Part shown: positions 1 to 13,500 of the stretch, one piece after another
Layout of the letters: each line of letters begins with the position of its first letter
How positions within the stretch are numbered: the first letter of the stretch is position 1
From: Bispira polyomma
Lineage: Eukaryota
DNA length: 64,000 nt
NCBI GenBank assembly: GCA_965649765.1
Contig: OZ287758.1
Location: 56,544,001 to 56,608,000, forward strand
Reading direction: 5' to 3'
Translations under genes and position numbers: made by a program
Notes under the pieces: generated by a model
What the model saw: the letters and a program-made list of their open reading frames with translations, nothing else
Database searches by the model: none
What the model was told of the DNA's origin: nothing

Positions 1-2666
1 GATTATAAGTGGTGAAAGATTAATGTTTACACACTTTGGTAAAAGTGGTACCCATTGTTAGTTGGACATGTACTAAAAAGTTCTGTATGTAAGCAAAGAG
101 AGAGAAGGACCCACACAGTTTGGTACTACCCATATTTGGATAGCTCAGAGTTAAAATCTAGTGGCTTTTTAATAAAATCAAAAATACTACACAGTTCTTG
201 TCCATGAGGAGGAGGGAGACATTTGGAGAAGTGCTGTGTACAGAATTTCAGAGTTATGTGTACGAGATAGGGGACTTGTATGTGTGCTTGGAGGTTTTCA
301 TATTGAACTGATATTATTGGCTGTGTGTGATGAGTGAAAACCGGTAAAGTTTTGAGACACTGAAACTCACAGCTCTATTACTAAAGGAGGGAGGTGTTTT
401 GTAACGAGAACACATGTATTTGTATTGACTTAAGGAATGTTTGTGAGGTGAAAGTGCTGCAAACTTTGTTCTATAGTCCCCTCGAAGTGAGTAAACTACA
501 TGTGTAAATGTTCCCCTGTGGTGGCCAGAGAGTCCATTATATTGGGCAAATTGGATATAAAGGGTGTTTTTTTTATTTCCCCTTGTACAAGTGATTAGTG
601 CAAATATATCTGTTGTGGAAATGTCTGTGATAAATTGGATGCTTTTTGGCGAGGATCATTTATTGAGAACTGAATGCTGTGATCTTCTAAGGGTGATTAA
701 TTATGCATAAGTTAGGTGGAGCATTTAAGGAAGTATCATGAAAATTGATTAACTGGGCTGGTAAGAAAAGGAGCGTGTGTTTATTTAGGCAGCGCTGGGT
801 TTGTTAACTTTATTATCTAGTTTTAATGTCAGTGTTTGTGGAGGTTTAATTAATCTGACAGGGTTAACTGTCCAGAGTTGTGGTCTGTGTTAGAAGTGAG
901 GGGAGAGATCTGTGGTATAGACACATATGTAGGGGTACACATACAGTTTGATATTGTGGGTGTGTGCTGGTTATTATACTAAAACCCAGAGACTTTTTAT
1001 GAGCAGTTTACATACTTCGGGGAATACAGGTGATATGTTGTCAAAGTTTGTAAGTCTGTTGTGGTAAAAAGGAACCCTTTTTAACGCATCGGTTGATCTA
1101 TTGAGATATATATTACCTTTTTTTTCAGGTTCCAAATACAGGATATATAAATAAATATGACTGAAAACTTTTAAACAGCTATGTGCTAAACACTAAACAG
1201 TTCATCAAACCAACTGGATATTTACAGTCGCACATATTTGGAGATTCTAGGTCTGAAGACTTTTGTGATAAGAGTTTTGTTAAGTACTTAATAATATCTG
1301 GCTGTATATTATTTGGGCTGTGTTTTATAGAAGGATTAGACTGAATAGCTCGATATAGGTTTTATGGTCACCTCACTGACCACTGGCTATTCACACTAGA
1401 CTTGTCCATTCATATTCACTAAAAACCACTGAAGTGTGTGTGCTTCTGAGGGGAAAACCTATATATATATATATATATATATATAATGTGTGAAAGACTG
1501 GCTTGAAGTGAATGGATGGATTTTAAATGTATATTGTGGTAAGCCCTCATGAGAAACTGATTGTGTGTTATTGACCATCTGAATGTCCAGTGAGAAGCTT
1601 TTGTTTACATGGTAACTAACACTAACAAAAAGGTGACAACCATTCTATGTGTGTGTGTGTGTTGAATGGTAGAGAGATCTTATACCTGAAAGTGTGAAGA
1701 AAATCCCAATTTGAAATCAGTGGAACATATTTGAAGAAAAAGTTAAACAGTTATATGAATTTAACAAAAACATTTACTTAATAAAGTGATATTTGGACAT
1801 TTTGACAGTGAATGTTGTGTATTGATCTGGAGATGAAGTAAAAAAACCCATGGATTGTAGAGGATTTGTTTGGTCCTGTTATAAGTTTGACTACAAAGCC
1901 TGAAGGGAGAGTGTTAGGGCCAGTGGATACTGTTGTCTTAAGACAGGCCTCTTCTGGCTAGATGGTCGGATGTCAATAGCAGCTGATAGCGGTAGCAAGT
2001 TTTCTGATTCCCAGGAGATTAATAACTGCTTGTCTCCAGAGACAGAACGGATAGCATGAGTAACCGGCTCATTGGAGTCAGCAAAACCTTGAAACAGTAA
2101 AACACTCAACTACAGGAGCCTTATTTGTATTGATGTCAAAAAACTGTAAAAATATAGTGCAAAAACCTTGTCTTTTAAAAAATTAACTGCTAAACTATCG
2201 GAAAACAAAAACCTTGTCCTTTTCAGTAGAAAACCAAAAGGCTGTTAATTTGTGAATAAAGTGCTATACGCTCTAGTTTTCTGTGTTACTGTTGTGTGGG
2301 TCAGCCCTAGTCAACCAACTGACTGATCTAAACATCTCTACCAGAGAGAGAGCTGTATATATATAGAGCCCGCATTATATCTGTACATACAACCAATCTG
2401 TGATATAAAACTGTATATACTCCAAACAGGGGGGGACATTTTGTTGTATATATATTCTATATATATCAATTACTTGTGTACAGTACCAACCACTTGCTAA
2501 CCTTCTCAGAGACCTAATCTCTATAACAGTGGTACTAACAAGTCAAGTAACCCTCCTTCACAGTGTACGCGGAGTGTGATAAGGTAAGAACACTGGCAGA
2601 GAGGACACCAGTTCTAACCCAGACACCCCCCCGCACCAGTCTAGCTGGCTATGCTGAGTGTAGAAA

Positions 2667-2819
2667 ATGGTCAAAATCCAAGGAATACCTGGCAAACCGG
2701 CAGAATTTGATAGACGTCGTGGTGGTAAAAGTGGCCTACACACCATTAAGCAGAGAGTCCAGTCATCAGTCATCAGGACCACCGCTGTCCAGCTCATACT
2801 ACAGAACCTCACGGGAAAG
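2667..2819 (+). CDS. Candidate alternative first coding exon of pumilio (MVKIQG...QNLTGK, phase 0)
   Basis: ATG at 2667, 51 codons to AAG|GTAGCT. Phase 0 fits the exon at 17318. The donor is echoed in a ~42-bp tandem repeat, as at verified pum junctions. Confidence 0.35.
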
Positions 2820-4189
2820 GTAGCTATGTTTGTGTTAAAACGTCATAGGAAACTAAGGAAGGTAGCTATGTTTGTGTTAAAACGTCAAAGGAAACTAGGG
2901 AAAGGTAGTTATATTTGTGTGGTAACGTCACCGGAAACTAAGTGATATTTGTGTTCACATTGTAGAGGGGGATGTGGCTTGCTCCCCTATGTACAGTGTG
3001 TGTATACAGAATGTGAAATATATCACAAAATAAAGAAATATATTATCTGTAAAAAATAATGGTGTGGAGGGTAATTATTTTGTAATATATATCTGTATGA
3101 CAACCTTTAAACATTGCCACTGATTAAAGTGTCAAGATTGGATGCTCGTCAGCTTTTTTGTAAATTACGTTTTAATGCAATTTAAAAAGTCTTAAACAGA
3201 AGTTTGCAGAAAAATTGTGCTTGAAATATGTTTCAGTGTATTTTTTATAAAATTCACTTTCAATGGCATTGTTGCCGCCTTGGTGACAGTAAACTTTGAT
3301 TTATGCTGAAATTTGTATATAAATGTCTACATATAAGTAGCTAATTAGAGGACCATGAAGATGTGGGCCTTTTCTGTGGAGATTTCTGGTGTGTTATTGT
3401 GTCTTTGATGAAGTTTGGCTTCACTGAAGAGTTTGTATTTGTATTGGTTGGATTGATTTTCTCTGCTCACATGTGCTCTCTTTCCCACCTTTCTATATAT
3501 ATACACATACACCTAGTGCTTCTAATAGTTTCTATCCAGCCCTATACTGCCTCATACTACTCCATCTGTGCCTACAGCCAAACAATTCATTTTGACAACT
3601 TCCATACGTTTACAATAGACATGAGAAAGGCTTTATATTCAAAATAGGCATAAATTACGGGCACAGCCGCAACAAGTGTCCCACAAATCAAACTATTGAT
3701 TGGGTTTGATCTGCTCGGGGCCCAACTCGCTTTCTTTTAACCAGCTGTCTATGGCATTATTTTCTACTGTCCTCTAGTAACTTGAAATGGACAGTCTATC
3801 ATATAACCTGAGCATAGATTACACTATTTAATTGAAACCCATCCATAAAACTCTGTACTTGTTCCAGTAAAGTTCAGGCTGTCTCTAGTACTAGAGTTAG
3901 TGATTACTCGCTCTCTTTTAATATTAAATATTTGAACCTTTTCCCTCGCTGGTCTATAAGCTTGAGCAGTGCAGAGAAAATATTAAAACACATTTCCAGG
4001 TGCAAATACATTCTAATGGTAGATACAAAGGACTCCTTTGATATCATGATATTCATTAATTAAGCTATCTCTAATGGTTTCTGTCTCAATGCTGTGACTT
4101 TGTTTTAACTAGGAACCAGCCTTGTTTTTATTCTCTTGCATAGTCTTTTTGTCTTATGTTGCACATGCTGCATTCTAATGACAATCCCT

Positions 4190-4375
4190 GGCCTCCCACC
4201 AATGTGGGTTCCAATCCTGTTCGTTCCTTCGTGTGGGAAAGTTTGTCGGATACTAGCTGTAGGACGGTGGTTTACACAGTTGCTTTAACACTGGTATCTT
4301 TCACCCTCAAACATGGCCGTTGAGATATGACCTAAGCTGTTAAAAGCGACATAAAACTGAACTAAATTCAAATTC
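4190..4375 (+). mobile_element. Partial SINE copy (family shared with 47180-47325, 42150-42230 and probably 52554-52804)
   Basis: Shared blocks cctc(t/c)caccaatgtgggtt..aatcct, aagtttgtcgg and aagctgttaaaagcgac.taaaac. Confidence 0.55.
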
Positions 4376-7300
4376 CAAAGCTTACATAAAGGCCTCAGTA
4401 AAGAAGTATTAAATCTGATGGCGATTTTAGATGTATTGAAGAGTCATTAGAGTGTTTTCTTTTCTCAGCCATCCACACTGGGTCCCTGATTATGGTATCC
4501 TTGAACATATATTGATTCGAGGGTTGAAGATTTTCTGAATTTTTTTATTGCATGAGCCATGTGCAGAAGGCTTTAGAACAATTTGTTCTTGACCTCGGGC
4601 CTTTTATCAAGGTCACTTAGCAAACTTGGAGCACGATTTTGACCTGTTTTGTCTAACGCTAATGGATTTGTTGTATCTTTAAGGTACTTTCACCAGAAGA
4701 TATTTCATTATATGTGGTCAAATGGTCTAATTAAAGGCAGTTTATCTCAGATCAGGAGTCAGGAGTTAGGGTTATAATTAATCAGGGGTTAATATCAAGT
4801 CGAATGGTCCAATAAAGGGCAGTTTATTGTTGGTTAGGGGTCAGGAGTTAGGTTTATACTTCAGGCTTTAATTTTATGTCAAATGGTCCAGTTTAAAGGC
4901 AGTTTATTATGGGGGACATTTGTAAAATTTTAAAAGCTGTTTGTACGAGTGAATTTTTAAAGCAGATCAAATTTTCACTTTGGCACCTGGCTTGGATTTC
5001 TGTGAGCTCTACAAATGTATTGATTTAAGTGGAATGAGAAAAAGCAATTCTGAAGTTATATTTAACCGGAAGGGTTTGGAAAGTCTATGTAGGTAAGTTT
5101 CTGAATTGAGGTTGCCATCCTTGTATCTTTGTATGGGTTGCCATCCTTGTATGGTCCAAAATGTCTCTTGAGCAGGAATGTTTGACATTTTCTATTTATT
5201 TGGGTAACTTGATTTTATTTACGAAACCAGTCTTGTTTGTATAAATTTACAGTTTTGCAGAGTCCGATAATATGTGATCTCTTGATGTTTAAGATTAAAT
5301 TATTTTGAATTTTATTTTATTAAAATCTAAATACACACAATGTCTATAAAGAGTGGTATTTCAAGGTGGGTCCGATAGAGATTTGTCTGTGTTTTCTGTA
5401 GTTGTGTGAGGATTGCTGTGTTAAGCACTGCTGTTTTTTGTGTTGTATAACAGACAAATGGAGACAATAGGCCCAGAATTCCTTGTGGCCAGTGTAAGCT
5501 GTCAGTCACATTCCTCAGTGAAAGTGTGAAGTCTGAGCAATGTGTAATAAATTGGGCCTGCTGTCTTAACAGTGCTTGTCAGGGGTAAACAGCATGCCTC
5601 ACTGGCCCACACACTTCAGAGAGTGGGGGCATTTGGAAGAGTTGGGGGTGGGTTTACTGTACTCTGAAAGGGGGTGTCAATCCCGGAGAAAGAGGAGGGG
5701 GGTGGGTGGGGTTATACAGTCCCAGTCCCTGATCTTTACGATCAGTTGGCTTTTAAGTTGATTTAAACTTTGTACAGCAACATCCTTTAGTTAATTTGAA
5801 CTTTGTACAGCACCATCCTTAAATTGATTTGAACTTTATCAGTAGCAACATCCTTGATTAAACTTTATATGGCCACATCTTACAGTTGTTTAATAATATA
5901 GACCATCTTAAGTCCTAGGATAATCGGATGTATTGGTAGATGAAACTGGTACCATATGTCCATATAAGAATACACCATAAACTATGACACTGCTGCTAGT
6001 ACCTGCTTTGGTATGTCAAGCCAAGGATGCAGTGGGATTTGGACCAGTTTCCGGAGTGGTCACAAACAGGTCATCCTTAGACTCCTACTGGTGACTAAGT
6101 CCTCATAGGGCCCATACCACCACACACTAAATTGACATTGCCTAGAAATATACCTATGCAATTTAACAAAGGTTACAGCAGGATGTCAGAGTTTGGATCT
6201 TTTCTTGTAGCCAAAGGGGCATATAGTTATAAGTTATAAGGTAAAGATCTCGCACAGATAGCCTAGAACCCATAGTACAACTCACTGCTGAGTGGGTCAG
6301 TATTTAGTGATACTATGATGGAACAGAACACAGCACTCAAAGAGCACAGTTCCAGAAATTGTTGATACTATGTTCTCTTTCCGACATAGGTACAGACAGT
6401 TCAGTACTGTTAGTGATGCTGTTCTGTATATGAAGGAGCTGCTGTGTAGTGTACATGGTGATGACAGTGATGTTATGGTGGCTTCTGCAGACAACCTGCT
6501 ATGTTAGGTAGTAGATACATTACATTTAGAGGACCTGCAGTGCTATGCTGTAGAGTACATTTCATTTAGAGATGCTATGTTCTATACAGGGCTCCCTAGA
6601 TGCTATATCTTCTATAGAGAACCCAGGTACATAGATACATTACATTTAGTGATGTTTTGCTATGTTGTAGAGAGTACCATACATTGCACTCTTATAACAG
6701 AAGCCACTATGCTATGCACCAGTGCTGATGAGGTCTGGCCACATATATTATCACATTGTCCTTGCTGGCTTTTATCAGAGCTCAATTAAACACACAGCAC
6801 TTTGTGACAGCTGCTGATGGCTTGTCCGTCACTAATGCTGTCCTATGTGTGGTCTGTGAGATACTATCTCAGCCCTCTAATGTAATAACACTGGAAAAGG
6901 CTTCACTGTGTCAAAGTTATCACCATAGACTGGGGTAATAAGTGGATCTTCCCAGAACTGTGGTTTTTAATTGTCTCATTATGTAATTAAGCGTTCCTTG
7001 AAAAGGGCGCTTATTTGGTTTCACCCCTGGTTTCCTCGCCGCTGCCGCATGGTCTTCCTTGAATATCTCCTTCAATATTATCTGCATCAAAATTATTTTT
7101 GGCAGTTCTCTTAACCAGGAGTGGGAAATTTTTTTCATATTCTTGGCTTTGAACTTTGGCCTACTTAAATGTCAGGTGACCCTGGGGGTGTAAAAGTGCT
7201 TGTCACTAGGTTTTCTCAAGAAGTATTCATCATAGCTTAATGAAATTTGGGATGTACCTTGGTAAGGCAATTTTCAGGACGGGAAACTATTGGGATTTCG

Positions 7301-7779
7301 GCTTTTTCTTGGTATAAGTTATTCATCTACTTTTTGATTTTATGTATGATGTAAAAATTTCACAGTTCTAAGTCCAGTACTCAATGAGTACTGAGTACTT
7401 CAAATGAGTATTTTGCTCTATTTTGCTCTATCTTGCACTTTTATCAACTTTTCGTTTGAAGTACTTGTCATAGTTCAATGAAATTTCACATGCACATTGC
7501 AAATACCAAAGCATAGATGTCCGTAAATTTTTAGATCAATCTGGTGATAATTGACTGGTTGACAGGGTCGATCAATCATACAAAATGGGGAAAAAATGTG
7601 TTGATGGGTGCTTTTTTGAGCGTGTGAGGATTTTTTTTATTTTTAATTTTAGACCAGTACATGCAGCGCGTAACTTTTAAAAAATAGCCTGAATTTTTAT
7701 TTATTTTTTACCCCATCCAAAAATATGCGATCGTTACTGATATAAAACAATTTTAAAAATTTTAAAAATTAAGGTTTTT

Positions 7780-8660
7780 TTTTTAAATGTCCATTATCTC
7801 TGAAACAGTGCTAGATAGAGCGATTTCGAGCTCATAGGGTTGATTTTGCTTATACATAAACTTTTAAAAAAATTTCAATTTTGGCGGCCATCTTGAATTT
7901 CTGCGTCTTTTTCGAAAACGTCCGTTATCTCTGAAACGGTGCTAGATAGAGCAATTTTGAGCTCATTTTCGACCCACAGGGTTGATTTTGCTTATACATA
8001 AACTTTTAAAAAATTTTCATTTTGGCGGCCATCTTGAATTTCTGCGTCTTTTTTGAAAATGTCAGTTATCTCGGAAACGGTGCTAGATAGAGCGATTTCG
8101 AGCTCATTTTTGACCCAGAGGGTTGATTTTGCTTATATGTAAACTTTTAAAAAATTTTCAATTTTGGCGGCCATCTTGAATTTCTGCGTGTTTTCCGAAA
8201 ATGTCCGTTATCTCGGAAACGGTGCTAGATAGACCGATTTCGAGCTCATTTTCAATCCACAGGGTTGATTTTGCTTATATTTAAACTTTTAAAAAAATGT
8301 TACATTTTGGCGGCCATCTTGAATTTCTGCATCTTTTTCGAAAATGTCCTTTATCTCAGAAATGGTGCTAGATAGAGCGATTTCAAGCTCCTTTTCGACT
8401 CATAGGGCTGATTCTTCTTTTGTGTAAATTTTTATAGTAATTTTTGATTTGGGCAACCATCTTCAATTTCTGCGTCTTTTTAGAAAACGTCTGTTATCTC
8501 GGAAATGGTGATCCTTTTCGAGCTTACATTGACCAAAAGTGCTGATTCTGCTTATATGTCAACTTTTAAACAATATCAAACCTTGTACACTAAACAATTT
8601 CATTATTATTTCAACTTTAGGGACGCTTCGTTTTTGTTATCAAAAACCGTTTTCTAGTTA
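7780..8660 (+). repeat. ~142-bp tandem repeat (~5.5 copies), probably the internal array of a non-autonomous Helitron/Helentron-like element
   Basis: ttttggcggccatcttgaatttctgc recurs at 7883, 8024, 8166, 8309, ~8451; ends with a small inverted repeat and CTAGT at ~8655. Confidence 0.7.
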
Positions 8661-9924
8661 AGTATTGGCTTCCATCAGACTCCAGCCAGCTAAAGGGCTG
8701 GTCTAAAGTCTCGCCTAAAAGGCTAGTCTAAAGGGCTGGTCTAAAGGCTGGTCCTGGTTCACTGAGGAAAATCTCCAGTTTTCTTGTTCTGATCATCATC
8801 ATATGACCAGTGGTCAAGTGTATTACTACATTAAGACTAGGCTGTCCCTATTACACTGTACTGGTGGCATAAGAACTGCTCTGGCAAAATAATAAGTACA
8901 CAAAATCTGATTTAGAGCAAGTACAAAAGTTACTGAAACCCAAAAAGTTTGCACAAGAAAAATAGTGTTTTTCTTGATCTACTTTATTTAAATGCAATAC
9001 TAATACTTGTAGCTAGATGTTTAAGAGCAGGGAAAATTCTGGTATTTTCAGTAAGGGAGTTTGGATTTATATAAAATTTGCAGCACTTTTCATAGTTGAA
9101 TTCTTAATGAGAAGTTTGCAAAATGCCCAGCTTCAGCTATTGATTAGATTCACAGTATACAGTTTCATACTTGATCACATGAAAATCACATGACGTACAC
9201 GGAAGAAAAAAAGGTATTTAAGGAAACAATCCAGTGGACATTGAATGTCAAAGGTAAGAGCTACTTGCTAAATGGGTTTTGTGTATAGAGTCAAGTTAAT
9301 TCACAAGCTATATAATCAATATTGGAGTTCTAAAGGGGTGTAATAAATCAACAAGTGAACAGGTCAGTGATAGGGAGACTGATATTGAATTGTATAGAGG
9401 TGGCTTTAATGGAATGTATTGCTGCCTAGAACAATAACTAAAGGTGACATATTTAACATCAAATGACTACAGCTATCTATGTACAACCACCTTGGAAACC
9501 ATGGTTATCATGGCAGTTTGAGTATGGGTTTCTTCAGCTGGAGAGTATATAGCAAACTGTGTGTGGTAATAGACTTTGTGAAGTAAACAGTTCTTAATAG
9601 TGTTTTTACTAATCTTTATAAAAGAAATGGTTTCTCTGTTCCTGAACAGCTTTAGATTATTAAATGCACTGCCCTGTCTCTGGTGATTTGGAGTTGTTGA
9701 TAACTAACCAATCTCTTCAATGAAGAATATCTAGCGAAAAAGGCCATTTACAGATTCTCTGTAAGTTTTTAACACCTGGAACTTGTAGGTCATGTTACTC
9801 TTTAGTTTGAATGCGGCCCTTTTCTGGGGTACGTCATGTAGTTGTTGAGGCACTTTGAAAATTGTAAAAGTTGAAGTAATCACAGGCCATTCTAAATGAA
9901 GGACAAGTATTGATTCCTCCCCTA

Positions 9925-10550
9925 GATGTATATACCTTCCGTCAGTGAGTAAAGTGTATTTCTAAACTCTTTGATGTATGTACCTGCCGTCAGTGGGTAT
10001 AGTGTGTTTCTACACTCTTTGATGTATGTACCTGCCGACAGGGGGTATAGTGTACCTGCCGTCAGTGGGTATAGTGTATTTCTACACTCTTTGATGTATG
10101 TACCTCTGACAGGGGGTATAGTGTACCTGCCGACTGTGGGTATACTGTATTTCTACACTCTTTGATGTGTGTACCTCTGACAGTGGGTATAGTGTATTTC
10201 TAAACTCTTTTTTTTGCAGTTTAGTAGGTTCTTCACTGTAAACAAAATGGCACCAGCTTTAGTGGTAAGTTACCTTATGTGTCTGTCGCATCAAAAACTA
10301 AAAACTAACTGCCTGTTGTACCTTGTGTGACAGACTCTGTACCTTGACTGGTTGTCATATGACCTTCACAGTGTATCTTGTGTGCTGGACTATGTACCTT
10401 GACTGGCTGTCTTATGACCTTCACAGTGTACCTTGTGTGGTGGACTATGTACCTTGACTGGTTGTCATATGACCTTCACAGTGTACCTTGTGTGGTGGAC
10501 TCTATACCTTGACTGGCTGTCCTATGACCTTCAGGGTGTACATTGTGCTA
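9925..10550 (+). repeat. Two short tandem arrays flanking exon 10220-10264 (~48-bp upstream, 55-bp downstream)
   Basis: tgtacctgccgtcagtgggtatagtgtatttctacactcttt copies run into the acceptor; tgtaccttgactgg at 10338, 10393, 10448. Confidence 0.85.
10247..10264 (+). CDS. pum: pum alternative start exon (exon 10220-10264), MAPALV
   Basis: T-rich acceptor tttttgcag at 10219, aaaATGg start context, GTG|gtaagt donor in phase 0; flanked by junction-adjacent repeats. Confidence 0.6.
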
Positions 10551-13500
10551 GATTCTATATAGGATGTACCTTACATGATTGAATTGATGGTTGTCATCTG
10601 TTTCACAGTACCTTATATCAAGGCCTCACTGTCTGTGTATAGTTGTATTCCTCTGATATCGGGACATAGAAAAAAGTTAGGAAGAAACTGGAACTTATTT
10701 TCAAAACGAAAAACCTGCCCGAATGAAACCAAGAGTGAGAACTGCTAAATATGTTTACAAGTACAATTGGACTTAAAATGATCAGTCATTATTACTTGTT
10801 GTCTGAAGGTGTAATATGTGTCGTATATGATATTGATGTGTTTGTATTAAACATCGATATCAGAATGCAAAAGCCCAAACAACAAATATTGTCTATCGAT
10901 AATTTACCCACTACTGTACACCTTCAGACTTGGGGCGGAGTAGAACAATAGATTCCTGTGTAACACTGTGTAACACTGTATAACATGCTGTATGTGTGTC
11001 AGTACTCCCCTCAATAACCTTCCTTATAACACTGTATAACATGCTGCATGTGTGTGAGTACTCCCCTCATTAACCTTCCTTGTAACACTGTATGACATAC
11101 TGTATGTGTGTCAGTACTCCCCTCATTAACCTTCCTTGTAACACTGTATAAGATACTGTATGTGTGTGAGTACTCCCCTCATTAACCTTCCTTGTTACAC
11201 TGTATGACATACTATATGTGTGTCAGTACTCCCCTCATTAACCTTCCTTGTAACACTGTATAAGATACTGTATGTGTGTGAGTACTCCCCTCATTAACCT
11301 TCCTTGTTACACTGTATGACATACTATATGTGTGTCAGTACTCCCCTCATTAACCTTCCTTGTTACACTGTATAACATACTGTATGTGTGTCGGTACTCC
11401 CCTCATTAACCTTTCTTATAACACTGTATGACATACTGTATGTGTGTCAGTACTCCCCTCATTAACCTTCCTTATAACACTGTATAACATACTGTATGTG
11501 TGTCAGTACTCCCCTCATTAACCTTCCTTGTTACACTGTATAACATACTGTATGTGTGTCGGTACTCCCCTCATTAACCTTTCTTATAACACTGTATGAC
11601 ATACTGTATGTGTGTCAGTACTCCCCTCATCAACCTCCCTTATAACACTGTATAACATACTGTATGTGTGTCAGTACTCCCCTCATTAACCTCCCTTATA
11701 ACACTGTATAAGATACTGTATGTGTGTCAGTACTCCCCTCTATAACCTTCCTTATAACACTGTATAACATACTGTATGTGTGTCAGTACTCCCCTCATTA
11801 ACCTCCCTTATAACACTGTATAACATACTGTATGTGTGTCAGTACTCCCCTCTTTAACCTCCTTTATAACACTGTATGACATACTGTATGTGTGTCAGTA
11901 CTCCCCTCTTTAACCTCCTTTATAACACTGTATGACATACTGTATGTGTCAGTACTCCCCTCATTAACCTCCTTTATAACATACTGTATGTGTGTCAGTA
12001 CTCCCCTCTATAACCTTTCTTATAACACTGTATGACATACTGTATGTGTGTCAGTACTCCCCTCATTAACCTTTCTTATAACACTGTATAACGTACTGTA
12101 TGTGTGTCAGTACTCCCCTCATTAACCTCCCTTATAACACTGTATAACATACTATATGTGTGTCAGTACTCCCCTCATTAACCTCCCTTATAACACTGTA
12201 TAACATACTGTATGTGTGTCAGTACTCCCCTCATCAACCTTTCTTATAACACTGTATAACATACTGTATGTGTGTCAGTACTCCCCTCATTAACCTTGCT
12301 TATAACACTGTATAACATACTGTATGTGTGTCAGTACTCCCCTCATTAACCTCCCTTATAACACTGTATGACATACTGTATGTGTGTCAGTACTCCCCTC
12401 ATTAACCTCCCTTATAACACTGTATAACATACTGTATGTGTGTCAGTACTCCCCTCATCAACCTTTCTTATAACACTGTATAACATACTGTATGTGTGTC
12501 AGTACTCCCCTCTTTAACCTTCCTTGTTACACTGTATAACATACTGTATGTGTGTCAGTACTCCCCTCATTAACCTCCTTTATAACACTGTATAACATAC
12601 TATATGTGTGTCAGTACTCCCCTCTATAACCTTCCTTATAACACTGTATAACATACTGTATGTGTGTCAGTACTCCCCTCATTAACCTCCCTTATAACAC
12701 TGTATAAGATACTGTATGTGTGTCAGTACTCCCCTCTATAACCTTCCTTATAACACTGTATAACATACTGTATGTGTGTCAGTACTCCCCTCATTAACCT
12801 CCCTTATAACACTGTATAACATACTGTATGTGTGTCAGTACTCCCCTCTTTAACCTCCTTTATAACACTGTATGACATACTGTATGTGTGTCAGTACTCC
12901 CCTCTTTAACCTCCTTTATAACACTGTATGACATACTGTATGTGTGTCAGTACTCCCCTCATTAACCTCCTTTATAACATACTGTATGTGTGTCAGTACT
13001 CCCCTCTATAACCTTTCTTATAACACTGTATGACATACTGTATGTGTGTCAGTACTCCCCTCATTAACCTTTCTTATAACACTGTATAACATACTGTATG
13101 TGTGTCAGTACTCCCCTCATTAACCTCCCTTATAACACTGTATAACATACTGTATGTGTGTCAGTACTCCCCTCATCAACCTTTCTTATAACACTGTATA
13201 ACATACTGTATGTGTGTCAGTACTCCCCTCATTAACCTCCCTTATAACACTGTATGACATACTGTATGTGTGTCAGTACTCCCCTCATTAACCTCCCTTA
13301 TAACACTGTATAACATACTGTATGTGTGTCAGTACTCCCCTCATCAACCTTTCTTATAACACTGTATAACATACTGTATGTGTGTCAGTACTCCCCTCTT
13401 TAACCTTCCTTGTTACACTGTATAACATACTGTATGTGTGTCAGTACTCCCCTCATTAACCTCCTTTATAACACTGTATAACATACTATATGTGTGTCAG

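Noticed and set aside
2564-2583. Possible 20-nt micro-exon (cag|...AAG|gtaaga)
   Set aside because: Splice motifs only, with no frame or homology support.
3363-7138. Short ORFs in the upstream intronic region
   Set aside because: No motifs, alternative starts, and compositionally random.
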